Shown in pieces: positions 17,641-28,396 of a DNA stretch of 64,000 bases. Positions within the stretch are counted from its first letter, which is position 1; each line of letters starts with the position of its first letter. The notes under the pieces are model-generated. The model made no database searches. It saw nothing but the letters and a program-made list of their open reading frames with translations, and was not told the DNA's origin. The DNA is from Candidatus Latescibacterota bacterium (GTDB taxonomy: Bacteria; Latescibacterota; UBA2968; GCA-2709665): NCBI GenBank assembly GCA_965222075.1, contig OZ244937.1, positions 1,984,001 to 2,048,000 of the forward strand, read 5' to 3'. The position numbers and the translations under genes were made by a program.

Positions 17641-19135
17641 CCTGGCGGTTCTGGTCCTGCTTCTGTCCTCCGCTCCGGCAGGCGCCCAGATCACCGTTTC
17701 AAGCCTGACGGAAATGCAGCGAGGGCGTATCCCCGGAACCGATTCCACGGCCCTTTCCACGCTCTATGAGCAATTCAACGTCGATTACGCAAACAACGAC
17801 CTGCAGGCGGGGCTGCGGGCCGAGGTATTCAACGCCTGGGGAACCGACCGGGAGATGGTCCATCTCTCCCAGAAATACATCCGCTGGACGCATGGATCAA
17901 CCTATCTGGTCGCCGGGAACTACTATGCCATCCTGGGCCGGGGACTGACCCTCCGCGCATTTGAACTGCCCGGAGTGGTCCTGGAAAACCAGGTCTTCCG
18001 GCGCCGGTACACACCCTCGCGCGACATGGAGGGCGGCCTGGCCTCCTGGACCGGCGACCGCGCCGAAATCAAGGCCCTGATCGGGCGCCAGGCCAAAAAC
18101 GACATCCCCCCCGGCGTCCCGAACCTCGACCGCCGGCAGGACTGGGTTGCAGGAGGCGAAGTCTCCCTTCGGCCCGCCCCCCCCCTGAAAGCAGGCGCAA
18201 CCCTCGTCCACCTCCGTCCCAGGGACGCAGACAAAAGCCAGGCCTGGTCGGGCCTTGCCGAGGTTGACTTCACCTCCCTACTCGGACTCGGTGAAACCTA
18301 CGGCAGCTTCTACGGCGAGTACGCCAAACGCGCAGGCGGCCCGGAACAGGGGCACGGGCTTTATCTCTCGGGAAACGCCGGAGGGTCCGGACTCGGCATC
18401 AGCCTCGAATACAAAAATTACGACAACTTCATCCTGGAGGTCAACGACCCGCCCTCCCTGGTCCGGGAACACACGTCCGTCATGCTCAACCGCTCCACCC
18501 ACGTCCTCCTGCCCCTCACCGAGCGGGGGTACCAGATCGAGGCCACCTACACGCTGCCCACTCTGGCCACCCTTACAGCCAACCTCAGCTATGCGCGCAA
18601 CAACCTCGCCAAAGACCGGATAACAGTCTTCAAGGAGCGCTACCTCGGGGTCGACTTTGAAAAATTTCTGCCGAGCTTTTCAGCAACCCTATTCTACGAC
18701 TGGGGCAAAGACGAGTTGGAAGGGATCTCGAAGCACCGCACGGGAGGCCTCTTGCTGGAAGGCGCGGCCTGGCCCAACCATACCCTGGGGCTCGACTTCC
18801 AGGTTCAGCGCGCCACCCGTCCCTTTGCGGACCCGCCGTCGTTTACGGACATCTACACCGCCCTGTCCTGGCAGCATCCGCTTGGGGTCAGCGTCGCCCT
18901 GATCGTGGACCGGACGTCGGACCCTTTGGAAATCGACGATCCGGCGACCCTGACCCAAATCGAGACCGACGCGCGCACCTGGTGGGCGGCCACCCTCAGC
19001 GCACGGTTCGCCGGACGGTATGAGGCCCTCCTCTTCGCGGGCCGGCGGCGTGGCGGAACGGCCTGCACTTCCGGGACCTGCTACCAGGTCCTGCCCTTTA
19101 AAGGTCTGGAAATACGGCTCACCACCCATTTCTGA
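17621..19135 (+). CDS. outer-membrane beta-barrel, DUF6029-like, with C-terminal CTSGTC motif
   Basis: Signal peptide; GNYYAILGRGLTLR; amphipathic strands; ends RGGTACTSGTCYQVLPFKGLEIRLTTHF (terminal Phe). Family assignment is from memory. Confidence 0.7.
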   Translation: MPVRKSSLAVLVLLLSSAPAGAQITVSSLTEMQRGRIPGTDSTALSTLYEQFNVDYANNDLQAGLRAEVFNAWGTDREMVHLSQKYIRWTHGSTYLVAGNYYAILGRGLTLRAFELPGVVLENQVFRRRYTPSRDMEGGLASWTGDRAEIKALIGRQAKNDIPPGVPNLDRRQDWVAGGEVSLRPAPPLKAGATLVHLRPRDADKSQAWSGLAEVDFTSLLGLGETYGSFYGEYAKRAGGPEQGHGLYLSGNAGGSGLGISLEYKNYDNFILEVNDPPSLVREHTSVMLNRSTHVLLPLTERGYQIEATYTLPTLATLTANLSYARNNLAKDRITVFKERYLGVDFEKFLPSFSATLFYDWGKDELEGISKHRTGGLLLEGAAWPNHTLGLDFQVQRATRPFADPPSFTDIYTALSWQHPLGVSVALIVDRTSDPLEIDDPATLTQIETDARTWWAATLSARFAGRYEALLFAGRRRGGTACTSGTCYQVLPFKGLEIRLTTHF

Positions 19136-19175
19136 CGTGGAAACCCACCACCAACAACGGAAAGGAGAGTAGACA

Positions 19176-20510
19176 ATGTATAGCGTACGAAGATGTCTTT
19201 TGAGCGCCATGCTCTTATGCTTCGCCACTGCCGGCAGCCTGGAGGCCGCCGATGTGGGCGATTCGGTGCCCAACTTTTCACTGCGGGACCTCAAGGGACA
19301 GACGCACACCCAGGCAACCTACCGGGGGAAAGTCCTCGTCATCTACTTTCTGGGCTATGCCTGATCGGTCTGCTACAGGACGGGTCCGTCCGTAGAGAAA
19401 GAGATATGGCAGCGCTTCAAAGACAACAACATCCAGGTGCTGGGTCTGGACGTGTGGAACGGTAGCCAGGCCCAGCTTGCGAACTTTGCGAACATCACCG
19501 GCGTCACCTTTCCCCTGTTGCTGAGGGCCGCGACCGGAACCAACTTCGGCGTCAGCTCCTCCGGAGCAATTGATGTGATGATGGTCGTCGATCAGGAGGG
19601 CATCGTCCGGCGCCGCAGCGGTGTCAGAACCTCTGCTGCTGTCTCGGCTGCGGTGAGCCTGGTCCGGGAACTGCTCACCCCCTCCGTGCCGGTTATCGGC
19701 ATCAACCCAACCTCCCTCAACTTTGGGCCGGAACTCCAACCGGGAGAGTCCAAAACCCTCTCGGTCGAAGTGCAAAACACCGGCACGGACACCCTCAATC
19801 TCACGAGCATCCAGTCAGACATACCCGAACTCACCGTAAGTGACTCCACGTTCTCCATTCTCCCGGACGAAAGCAGGGAGATCCAGGTCACCCTAACGCC
19901 CACGCAGGACGGCACCCTGTCGGGCATCCTCAGCCTCCTCAGCAACGACCCGCAACAGGGCACCCTCCGGATCGTGATCGAACCGATCACCGTCAAAACG
20001 CTTCCCTCCGAAATCGCCCTGGCCGCAGAACAGCTCGAATTCAACAACATCGAAGTGGGAAGCCGTGTCAACCGCACCCTCACGATCCGCAACGAAGGCC
20101 AGGGATCTTTAAAAATCACCGACGTAAAATCCGACCTGCCGGGTCTGTCGGTCTCCCAGAAGGCCTTCGAGGTGCCCCCGGGAGAATCACACGATCTGAC
20201 CGTTACCGTCACACCCACCGCAGAAGGCGCCTTTTCAGGCAGCCTGACAATCGTAAGCAATGACCCCGACCAGGGCATGATCGTCCTTACCCTGTCGGGA
20301 TCGGCGGTGATGTTCCAGCCCGAGGGCCGGGCCGACTTCAACGGGAGCGGGCGGATCGATTTCGCCGATTTTGTTATCTTCGCGCAGGGCTTTGGCCGGC
20401 AGGCCGGGCAGGCGGGCTTTGATGAACGGCTCGACCTGAACGACAACGGGAGGATCGACTTCCCTGACTTCGTCATCTTTGCCCGGTCCTTCGGCAGCAC
20501 TGTGAACTGA
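19176..20510 (+). CDS. secreted selenoprotein: redoxin domain (UxxC), two Ig-like domains and a C-terminal dockerin-like double EF-hand
   Basis: ORFs 19176-19364 and 19437-20510 share one frame. TGA 19362-19364 reads FLGYA-U-SVC at the CxxC position and is followed by a SECIS-like hairpin. C-terminus DFNGSGRIDFADF...DLNDNGRIDFPDF. Confidence 0.85.
19365..19395 (+). promoter_or_regulatory. bacterial SECIS-like stem-loop
   Basis: CTAC-A-GGACG[GGTC]CGTCC-GTAG; G-containing apical loop starting about 19 nt after the in-frame UGA. Confidence 0.7.
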
Positions 20511-20535
20511 GCCTCTATCCTGCTCGTCTCATTTT

Positions 20536-20568
20536 CCGGCACGCCGGTCTGGTGTGCCGGTATTTTTT
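20536..20568 (+). terminator. intrinsic terminator
   Basis: CCGGCACGCC/GGTGTGCCGG stem followed by TATTTTTT. Confidence 0.75.
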
Positions 20569-20659
20569 AGAAACCGAATACGGTCTCCTGGAGTCCCATT
20601 CAAGGAATTACAACCATCCGCCTGATCGCGAACAATCAACCTGAACAGAGCTCCGGAAG

Positions 20660-22105
20660 ATGCCGCGTTCCAGAGAACCCGATTCAGATCCCAGAGATCT
20701 GCTTCCCCGCGTGCGGGCCTATATTGCCGAACAGGACATGCTGATCCCGGCAGAAGGCGTGGTTGTGGGTGTATCGGGCGGCCCCGATTCGGTCGCCCTG
20801 CTCGACCTCCTCTTCAGGCTGCGGGGTGAACTGCAGATCGCCCTTTGTGTCGCGCATCTGCACCACGGGCTGAGGGGAGCCGATGCAGAAGGTGATGCGG
20901 CATTCGTCGCCGGCCTGGCCGCAGAGCGTGGGCTTCCCTACCACGGGGGCACCGCCGATGTAGGGGCACTCGCCCGCCGGGGAAAACACGCCCCCGAAGA
21001 GGCCGGGCGCATCGCCCGGCACAGCTTTCTTGAAGACACACGCCGTAAAACGGGGTCGGCCCGGATCGCCCTGGGGCATACCCGGAGCGATCAGGCAGAA
21101 ACCCTGCTCTTGCGGTTGCTGCGCGGGGCGGGACGGAGGGGGCTGGGCGCCATTCGTCCCGTGCGAGACCGGATCTGGATCCGTCCCCTCCTGCAGGTCT
21201 CCCGCAGTGAAATCGAGGCCTATATCTCCTTCCGGGAACTGGAGACCCGGCAGGACAGAACCAACACAGACCCCCGATTTCTGCGCAACCGGATCCGGCA
21301 GGACCTGCTTCCCCACCTCGCTGCGGAGTATACACCGGGCATCGAACAGGTCCTGGCCAGGACCTCTGAAATTCTCCAGCGTGAAGACGATCTGCTCGAT
21401 CAACAGGCCGAAGCGGCCCTTCAGAAGGCTGTACAATACCGGGGCAAGCAAAAAATAATCCTTGATGTAAGGTCGGTTTTCGGTTATCATGTATCACTTC
21501 AACGGCGCATCGTTCAGAAGGTGTTGTTCTGCCACGATGCCGGTGCGGACGCCTTCGGTTTCCAAACGGTTCAGAGCATTCTAAAGCTCCTCTCACACCG
21601 TTCCGGAGCCGTCCAGATTTCCCCGGAGGTCTCAGCGCACAAATCGGGCCATCGGCTTATTCTCTGCCGGGCAACCCCGCCCTTTCATGTTCGGGTACGT
21701 GTGCCGGGCCATACGGAACTTCCCCTGCTGGATGCGACCGTCGAGACCCGCGTTCGGCCGGTCAAAGAGGTCAGGGATCGGTTGCGAGATTTGGGGCCCT
21801 ATCGGGCCTGTTTTGACACAGAGGTGCTGCAAGGCGAGTTGGTCCTGCGTAGTCGGCGCCCCGGTGATCGGTTTTGGCCCTATGGGATGCCGGGCACCCG
21901 CAAGGTGAGCGATGTCTTAATCGACGGCAAGGTCCCCGAGCCTTTGCGCGATGAAATCCCCTTGCTGCTGAGCAACAGCACCATCCTTTGGGTGGTCGGG
22001 CTGCGTACTGCACAGTCCGCCGCCGTCACCGGGCAAACGGTGGAAGTATTGGAAATCGTGTTCAGAGGGGGATGGCTCTGTACGGCGGAGTCCTCATCCA
22101 GTTAG
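20660..22105 (+). CDS. tilS: tRNA(Ile)-lysidine synthetase
   Basis: VSGGPDS, HHGLR, GHTRSDQAET, IRPLL, RNRIR; TilS C-terminal RRPGDR. Confidence 0.95.
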   Translation: MPRSREPDSDPRDLLPRVRAYIAEQDMLIPAEGVVVGVSGGPDSVALLDLLFRLRGELQIALCVAHLHHGLRGADAEGDAAFVAGLAAERGLPYHGGTADVGALARRGKHAPEEAGRIARHSFLEDTRRKTGSARIALGHTRSDQAETLLLRLLRGAGRRGLGAIRPVRDRIWIRPLLQVSRSEIEAYISFRELETRQDRTNTDPRFLRNRIRQDLLPHLAAEYTPGIEQVLARTSEILQREDDLLDQQAEAALQKAVQYRGKQKIILDVRSVFGYHVSLQRRIVQKVLFCHDAGADAFGFQTVQSILKLLSHRSGAVQISPEVSAHKSGHRLILCRATPPFHVRVRVPGHTELPLLDATVETRVRPVKEVRDRLRDLGPYRACFDTEVLQGELVLRSRRPGDRFWPYGMPGTRKVSDVLIDGKVPEPLRDEIPLLLSNSTILWVVGLRTAQSAAVTGQTVEVLEIVFRGGWLCTAESSSS

Positions 22106-22121
22106 AAAAGGTAGAATTTTT

Positions 22122-24344
22122 ATGATCGATCCCAAAGATCAGGAGCAGGCGCAGCACCCGGCAAAGGAGGAGCAGGCGCAGCACCCGGCAAAGGAGGAGC
22201 AGGCGCATCCCCATCGGGGGCAAAACGAAAATGCCGACGATCCTGAAAACACAAAACCGGAGGTGGAAGAAGCTCCGCATCAGGAATCGCCCCATCCAGG
22301 CTGGACAGGGGAGGGCCAGAGACGGGAGGCGGCGTCTGATGAGAACGAAGGGCGGTCGTGGCGGCGCTCGAAGACCCTTGCCTTCTGGATCATCTTCATT
22401 TTGGTGGCCATCGTCTTCTCCAAGTTCTTTGGCAGCACCCCCCCAGACGATATCGAGCTCAGTTATAAAGAATACAAGGAATTCCTCAAACAGGGAAAGA
22501 TCGAAAGCGCGGTCATCATTGCACATAAATTCTACGGCACGCTTCGGGACCCTGAATATACCGGCCTGCAGAGGGGCGCTCAGCAATCCTACAAGACCTT
22601 CGTGGTCATCCTGGGGCCCATAGATTCAGAGACAATCGCCGAATGGGAAAAATACGACGTCGACTTTCGATTTCACGAAAAACCGTTCAACTGGCTGAAC
22701 GTCTTTTTCAACTTCCTGCCCTGGCTCCTCTTTGTGGGACTCTGGCTCTTTATTCTTCGCCAGATGCAGGGCGGTCCCAAGGGCGTCTTCAGCTTTGGGA
22801 AGAGCCGTGCCAAACTCGTTTCCGAAGACAGGCCAAAGGTCACCTTTAAAGACGTTGCCGGTTCAGAGGAGGCCAAGCAGGAGCTTCAGGAAATCATCGA
22901 TTTCCTGAGAGACCCTCGAAAATTCCAGCGCCTGGGCGGGCGCATCCCCAAAGGCGTGCTCCTGGTCGGCCCCCCAGGAACCGGGAAGACCTACATGGCC
23001 AAGGCCGTGGCGGGCGAGGCCAGCGTCCCCTTTTTCAGCATGAGCGGTTCCGACTTCGTCGAGATGTTCGTAGGCGTTGGCGCATCGCGTGTCCGGGACC
23101 TCTTCGAACAGGGGAAAAACAACGCGCCCTGTATCATCTTCATCGACGAAATCGACGCGGTAGGGCGCCATCGGGGCGCCGGCATCGGCGGCGGGCACGA
23201 CGAGAGGGAGCAAACCCTCAACCAGCTCCTGGTAGAAATGGACGGCTTTGACTCTAAAGAGGGGGTCATTCTCATTGCCGCCACCAACCGCCCCGACGTC
23301 CTTGACCCGGCCCTGATGAGGCCCGGCCGGTTCGACCGCCAGGTGGTCGTAGACCGTCCCGATATCAGAGGGCGGGAAGGCGTGCTGAAGGTGCATATCC
23401 GGAATACCCCCCTGGACAAAAACGTAGACCTCAAAGTGCTCGCCCGGGCCACCCCGGGGTTTTCACAGGCCGACCTGGCCAACCTGGTCAACGAAGCGGC
23501 GCTGCTGGCCTCGCGCTACGACCGGACCCGGGTGGCCATGGAAGATTTCGAAAATGCCAAAGACAAGGTTATGATGGGAGCCGAACGGCGCAGTCTGGTC
23601 ATTTCCGACAATGAAAAAAAACTCACGGCCTACCACGAAATCGGGCATGCCCTGGTGGCCAAACTCGTTCCGGAAAGCGACCCAATCCACAAGGTCACCA
23701 TCATTCCCCGCGGCCAGTCACTCGGGTTGACCACCTACCTCCCGATGGACGAACGGCACAATTACTCCAAAAGCTACAGCGAAGCCGTGCTCACCTATGC
23801 GCTGGGCGGTCGCGTGGCCGAAAAACTCATCTTCGGAGAGTTCTCCAGCGGCGGCCAACAGGACTACAAGGTGGCCACGGACCTGGCCCGCCGTATGGTC
23901 TGCGACTGGGGAATGAGCGACGAACTCGGCCCCATCGCCTACGGGCAGAAGCAGGATGAAATCTTTCTGGGGCGGGAGATTGCCCAGCGGCGAGACTACA
24001 GCGAAAAAGTCGCCGAAGCCATCGACGAAGAGGTCAAAGCCTTTATTCTTAACGCCGAGAGCCGGGCGGAAAGATTGCTCCAGGATAACCTGAACGAGGT
24101 CCACCTCTTAGCCGAAACGCTCCTGGAATTCGAAGTCTTAGACGACGCCCAGCTCGACCGCATCCTCGCCGGGGAAAAGCTGGAAAAACCCAAGAAACCG
24201 ACCAAACCTGAGAACGGGCGTACAGAAGGGGAGCAGGCCGACGGTGAGATGGAGGGGCAGTCTCAGTACACCCATTCTCAGGATGGCGGGAAGGAATCGG
24301 ACGGCTCCCCATCCCTGGAGCAGAAATCGGCCTCAGACGATTAA
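22122..24344 (+). CDS. ftsH: ATP-dependent zinc metalloprotease FtsH
   Basis: Two TM helices, [16 protein letters not shown] motif, HEIGH. Confidence 0.97.
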   Translation: MIDPKDQEQAQHPAKEEQAQHPAKEEQAHPHRGQNENADDPENTKPEVEEAPHQESPHPGWTGEGQRREAASDENEGRSWRRSKTLAFWIIFILVAIVFSKFFGSTPPDDIELSYKEYKEFLKQGKIESAVIIAHKFYGTLRDPEYTGLQRGAQQSYKTFVVILGPIDSETIAEWEKYDVDFRFHEKPFNWLNVFFNFLPWLLFVGLWLFILRQMQGGPKGVFSFGKSRAKLVSEDRPKVTFKDVAGSEEAKQELQEIIDFLRDPRKFQRLGGRIPKGVLLVGPPGTGKTYMAKAVAGEASVPFFSMSGSDFVEMFVGVGASRVRDLFEQGKNNAPCIIFIDEIDAVGRHRGAGIGGGHDEREQTLNQLLVEMDGFDSKEGVILIAATNRPDVLDPALMRPGRFDRQVVVDRPDIRGREGVLKVHIRNTPLDKNVDLKVLARATPGFSQADLANLVNEAALLASRYDRTRVAMEDFENAKDKVMMGAERRSLVISDNEKKLTAYHEIGHALVAKLVPESDPIHKVTIIPRGQSLGLTTYLPMDERHNYSKSYSEAVLTYALGGRVAEKLIFGEFSSGGQQDYKVATDLARRMVCDWGMSDELGPIAYGQKQDEIFLGREIAQRRDYSEKVAEAIDEEVKAFILNAESRAERLLQDNLNEVHLLAETLLEFEVLDDAQLDRILAGEKLEKPKKPTKPENGRTEGEQADGEMEGQSQYTHSQDGGKESDGSPSLEQKSASDD
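22141..22207 (+). repeat. 27-bp coding tandem repeat, about 2.5 copies (EQAQHPAKE), in the FtsH N-terminal extension
   Basis: aggagcaggcgcagcacccggcaaagg at 22141 and 22168, partial at 22195. Confidence 0.9.
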
Positions 24345-24450
24345 CAACCCATTGTACAGGGGATGTGGAGGGGCAAGGGGTGCCTTTGGCACCCTTTTTT
24401 CTATCCCGGTTCCCGGTGCAGAATATCTGTCTCAAATCGTGGAGGGTCTG

Positions 24451-25353
24451 GTGGACCGCCCCAAGCAGAAGGGGGAGCCCCCCCCCTATCGAATCAACTG
24501 TCGGGGAAGAATCCTGGAATTGGGGGCTCGCACCCACTTGATGGGCATCCTGAATGTGACCCCCGACTCCTTTTCCGACGGCGGGCGTTACCTGTCCTCA
24601 GACGCGGCCGTCGCCCACGCAGAGGCGATGGCCGAGGCGGGAGCGGACCTGATCGACATCGGCGGAGAATCCACCCGGCCGGCCGGCCCCTACGGAGAGG
24701 GGTCAGAGCCCGTATCTGTCGGGGAAGAAATACACCGGACCATACCGGTTATCGAAAAGGTCGCAACTCGCCTCGACCTGCCCATCTCCATCGACACCAC
24801 CAAAGCAGAAGTGGCCAGGCGGGCCCTGGAGGCAGGAGCGTCCATGGTCAACGATATCAGCGCCCTGCGGTTCGATCCCAAAATGGCCCAAACCGTCGCA
24901 GAAGCCGGTGTGCCTGTGGTCCTGATGCACATGCAGGGCACCCCCAGGACCATGCAGCAGAATCCTACCTATCGCAACCTGATCCGAGAGATCGGGGCCT
25001 TCCTCAAAGAACGGCGAGACGCTGCGCTCAAAGTGGGCATTGACCCGGCACAGATCGTGATTGACCCCGGTCTGGGCTTTGGAAAGCGCCACTGCCACAA
25101 CTTTGAAATCCTCGGCAGGCTCAACGAGTTTCACCCCCTCAACTGCCCGCTGCTGGTGGGCCCCTCCCGAAAAAAATTCGTCGGAGCAGCCCTCAACCTC
25201 CCGTCTCCAGACCGCCTCGAAGGCACCCTTGCCGCACTCGCCTTCTGTGTGGCTGGAGGCGCGCACATCCTCCGGGTGCACGATGTTGAGGCGGCCCTGC
25301 GCGCCGTGAAAGTCGCCCAGCAGATCGTGCGCTGTTCAACGCAACCCGGATAG
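24451..25353 (+). CDS. folP: dihydropteroate synthase
   Basis: MGILNVTPDSFSDGG, IGGESTRP, DPGLGFGK, SRK, LRVHDV; GTG start uncertain. Confidence 0.95.
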   Translation: MDRPKQKGEPPPYRINCRGRILELGARTHLMGILNVTPDSFSDGGRYLSSDAAVAHAEAMAEAGADLIDIGGESTRPAGPYGEGSEPVSVGEEIHRTIPVIEKVATRLDLPISIDTTKAEVARRALEAGASMVNDISALRFDPKMAQTVAEAGVPVVLMHMQGTPRTMQQNPTYRNLIREIGAFLKERRDAALKVGIDPAQIVIDPGLGFGKRHCHNFEILGRLNEFHPLNCPLLVGPSRKKFVGAALNLPSPDRLEGTLAALAFCVAGGAHILRVHDVEAALRAVKVAQQIVRCSTQPG

Positions 25354-25368
25354 GCCCGGAAAACGCCC

Positions 25369-25397
25369 TTGACAAACGGCAACCAGTTGGATAGATT
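25369..25397 (+). promoter_or_regulatory. sigma70-like promoter upstream of purM
   Basis: TTGACA-17 nt-TAGATT. Confidence 0.6.
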
Positions 25398-25506
25398 GCA
25401 TTTACAGAAGGCCGCTCCAAACTGCCCGCTCTCTATATTAACTTACAAGAAGGCCCCAATGGATGCGCGACATCTCCGTATCCTGGACGTCAAGCTCATC
25501 TATCCA

Positions 25507-26544
25507 ATGAAAAAACAAAAGGCATATGCCGCTGCCGGCGTTGACATCGATGCGGCCAATCGGACCAAAAAACGGATCGCAGGCCTGGTTCGCGCCACGT
25601 TTGGCCCGGAAGTGCTGTCCGACATCGGGGAATTTGGCGGGCTGTTTGCTCCTCCCTGGCGCGACTACGACGACCCGGTGCTCGTGGCCAGTGCCGACAG
25701 CGTGGGAACAAAGTTGAAGGTGGCGTTTCTCACGGGCATCCACCATACCGTAGGGGCCGACATCGTGGCGCACTGCGCCAACGACATCTTGGTACAGGGC
25801 GCCCGACCCCTCTTTTTCCTGGACTACCTGGGCATAGGCCGACACGACCCGGAGGTCGTTACGGAAGTCGTTGAGGGCATCGCCAGCGGCTGTAAGGCAT
25901 GTGGCTGTGCTCTCCTGGGCGGAGAAATGGCGGAACTCCCCGGTTTTTACGCGGATGGGGAGTACGATCTGGCGGGAACCATCGTGGGCATCGTCGACCG
26001 GGGCCACATCCTCGACGGGTCGGCGGTGTGCGCGGGGGATGTTTTGATCGGCCTGGGCGCAACGGGCCTTCACACCAACGGCTACAGCCTGGCCCGGAAA
26101 CTCCTGTTTGAGACGGCCGGCTGGACGGTGGATACCTATGTGGAAGACCTGGGAACGGATGTGGGAGAGGCCCTGCTGGCCCCCCACCGCCCCTATGTCT
26201 CTGCCGTCCTCTCCCTGATGGCGTCCCTACCCGTTCGGGGGATGGCCCACATTACCGGCGGCGGACTCATCGACAACCTGCCCCGGGCGCTGCCCCAGGG
26301 GCTGGGCGCCCGGGTCCGGCGCGGGACCTGGCCGGAACTTCCCATCTTCTCGCTGTTGCAGCGGCTGGGAGATATCGAAGAGGCGGAGATGTTTCAGGCC
26401 TTCAACATGGGCCTGGGAATGGTCCTGACCGTCCCCCCCGATCGCGTAGAGGATGCCCTGAGAAAGCTGCAATCCGAAGGAGAAGCCGCCTATTGGGTCG
26501 GCGAAGTCGTAGGTGATCCCAACCATGCGGTCCAGATTGTCTGA
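25507..26544 (+). CDS. purM: phosphoribosylformylglycinamidine cyclo-ligase
   Basis: YAAAGVDI, DSVGTK, LFFLDY, GGEMAE, HTNGYSL, HITGGG, FNMG. Confidence 0.96.
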   Translation: MKKQKAYAAAGVDIDAANRTKKRIAGLVRATFGPEVLSDIGEFGGLFAPPWRDYDDPVLVASADSVGTKLKVAFLTGIHHTVGADIVAHCANDILVQGARPLFFLDYLGIGRHDPEVVTEVVEGIASGCKACGCALLGGEMAELPGFYADGEYDLAGTIVGIVDRGHILDGSAVCAGDVLIGLGATGLHTNGYSLARKLLFETAGWTVDTYVEDLGTDVGEALLAPHRPYVSAVLSLMASLPVRGMAHITGGGLIDNLPRALPQGLGARVRRGTWPELPIFSLLQRLGDIEEAEMFQAFNMGLGMVLTVPPDRVEDALRKLQSEGEAAYWVGEVVGDPNHAVQIV

Positions 26545-26592
26545 AAAGCAGGGACCGAGGGCTGGCCCCAAACCCCTGTTTTTCAGGAGCCG

Positions 26593-26793
26593 ATGATGCT
26601 TTTTCGCCTATTCATGTTCGGTCTGCTGGTCGTGCTGGTGTTCCGCCTGGTCAAATATCTGCTGGGCACCATCCTGAGCCGGTTTATCCTGCACAATTCC
26701 GGAGACACCCAAACGGGTACGCAAAAAAAACCGCCCCTGGACCTGGATCAGACCCAGATTAAGGATGCAGAATTTCGGGACATCGAGCCCTGA
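26593..26793 (+). CDS. small membrane hypothetical protein
   Basis: RBS AGGAG; one TM helix; acidic tail IKDAEFRDI. Confidence 0.6.
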   Translation: MMLFRLFMFGLLVVLVFRLVKYLLGTILSRFILHNSGDTQTGTQKKPPLDLDQTQIKDAEFRDIEP

Positions 26794-26809
26794 ATCAACG
26801 ACCACTGCA

Positions 26810-27847
26810 ATGGCAAAACGCCAGAAACGCTCCGGCAACCTCACGCCCGCCCAGGTTCTCGCCCGCATTCGGGAGGGAGACCTCTCCCCCCTCTACGTCT
26901 TCTACGGCCCCGAAGACCTCGAGAAAAAGGAGATCCTCAAGACGCTTATCGATGCGGTCGTTGAACCCGCTGCGCGGACATTTAACCTGGACGTACTCCA
27001 CGCAGAGAACCTGGAGGCCGCCGATGCGGTCAACCGGGCGGCGGCCTTCCCCATGATGGCTGCCCGCCGGATGGTGGTCATCAAACGCGTCGACCGCCTC
27101 CCCGAGCCGGCCGCAGCACAGCTGCTCCCCCTCATCCAGACCCCTTCCGAGACCACCGTTCTGGTCCTCACGGCCGAAACGTTCGATGCCAGGAAAAAAA
27201 TTTTCGCAGGCCTGCGCAAGTCCGCGGTCTGCGTAGAATTCAAACGGCCCTATGAAAGCGAAATCCCCGACTGGATCCGGAGGCGGGTCGAAGCGGCAGG
27301 CAAACGCATCCAGCCCGAGGCGGTTCACCTGCTCCACATGGGCGTGGGCGCACACCCTCAAGACCTGGCCAATGAACTCGAAAAACTCGCCATTCACCTG
27401 AGCGACCGGGAGACCATCACCCGGGACGACGTCGCCCGGGTCGTAGGCGCCTTTAAGGGAGCGACTGTCTTTGAACTGGCCGACGCGGTCGGACGCGGAC
27501 AATCCGGCCCTGCCCTGGCGAGCCTGAAGCGCCTGCTCGAACAGGGCGAACATCCGGTGGGCATCGTGGCCATGCTCATCCGGCACATCGGCATCCTCCG
27601 CAAGGCCCGGTGGCTGCAGGGCCTCCGATTGCCCCGCACGGAACTGGCCGGTCGGTTAAAGGTTCCCCCCTTTTTTCTCTCCGGCTATATGAACCAGGCC
27701 GCCCGCTTCGATGACCAGGCCCTCTGGGACACCTACGGCGCTCTCCTGGATGCCGACAATCGGTTAAAATCCCACTCCCGAACCCCCTTTGTGACCCTCT
27801 CCCGGCTGATTTACGACCTGTGCCGCAGGCCCGGCGCCCACCCTTGA
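26810..27847 (+). CDS. holA: DNA polymerase III delta subunit
   Basis: PLYVFYGPE, FPMMAARRMV, NELEKL, VFELADA, ADNRLK. Confidence 0.9.
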   Translation: MAKRQKRSGNLTPAQVLARIREGDLSPLYVFYGPEDLEKKEILKTLIDAVVEPAARTFNLDVLHAENLEAADAVNRAAAFPMMAARRMVVIKRVDRLPEPAAAQLLPLIQTPSETTVLVLTAETFDARKKIFAGLRKSAVCVEFKRPYESEIPDWIRRRVEAAGKRIQPEAVHLLHMGVGAHPQDLANELEKLAIHLSDRETITRDDVARVVGAFKGATVFELADAVGRGQSGPALASLKRLLEQGEHPVGIVAMLIRHIGILRKARWLQGLRLPRTELAGRLKVPPFFLSGYMNQAARFDDQALWDTYGALLDADNRLKSHSRTPFVTLSRLIYDLCRRPGAHP

Positions 27848-27872
27848 CAATAAAGGGGAAAATTGGTAGATT
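27844..27872 (+). promoter_or_regulatory. sigma70-like promoter upstream of trxA
   Basis: TTGACA-17 nt-TAGATT. Confidence 0.6.
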
Positions 27873-27986
27873 TCCTTCTCTGCGATTTCCACTTCTGACA
27901 TATTGTCTCAAACCCCTACAAAAATCTGCTGATCGGCCAAAAAAAAACAGCAGAAAACCGAGCTACAAATCAACCTTTCTGGAAAG

Positions 27987-28328
27987 GTGGTGAAAGAAGT
28001 GGCAAGCCCAATAACAGTGACCGATGAAACATTTCAATCCGAAGTTGTCGAATCTTCCCAGCCGGTGCTGGTCGATTTCTGGGCCACCTGGTGCGGTCCC
28101 TGCCGGATGGTCGCCCCCATTGTGGAGGAACTGGCGCAGGAGTACGAAGGTCGGGTGAAGGTGGGCAAAATAGACGTCGACTCGGAGCAGAAGATCGCTG
28201 CCGATTTCGGCATCCGGAGCATTCCGACCCTGCTCATATTCAAAGGTGGTAAATTGGCCGACCAGGTTGTAGGCGCAGTCCCCAAAAAGCACCTGGTGGA
28301 AAAGCTTGAGGCCGTCCTGGCTTCTTAA
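27987..28328 (+). CDS. trxA: thioredoxin
   Basis: [16 protein letters not shown]. Confidence 0.96.
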   Translation: MVKEVASPITVTDETFQSEVVESSQPVLVDFWATWCGPCRMVAPIVEELAQEYEGRVKVGKIDVDSEQKIAADFGIRSIPTLLIFKGGKLADQVVGAVPKKHLVEKLEAVLAS

Positions 28329-28356
28329 AGCCTTCAGATCGAGGGCTTACACATAC

Positions 28357-28396
28357 AAAAGCAGGGGGAAACCATGCATTTTTCTCCCTGCTTTTT
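28357..28396 (+). terminator. intrinsic terminator after trxA
   Basis: AAAAGCAGGG...CCCTGCTTTTT. Confidence 0.65.

Noticed and set aside
19176-19364. 62-aa stand-alone ORF or nonsense pseudogene
   Set aside because: Better explained as the 5' part of a selenoprotein (UxxC position, same frame, SECIS-like hairpin)
22141-22207. Possible CRISPR-like repeat
   Set aside because: Head-to-tail coding repeat without spacers; no cas genes in the window
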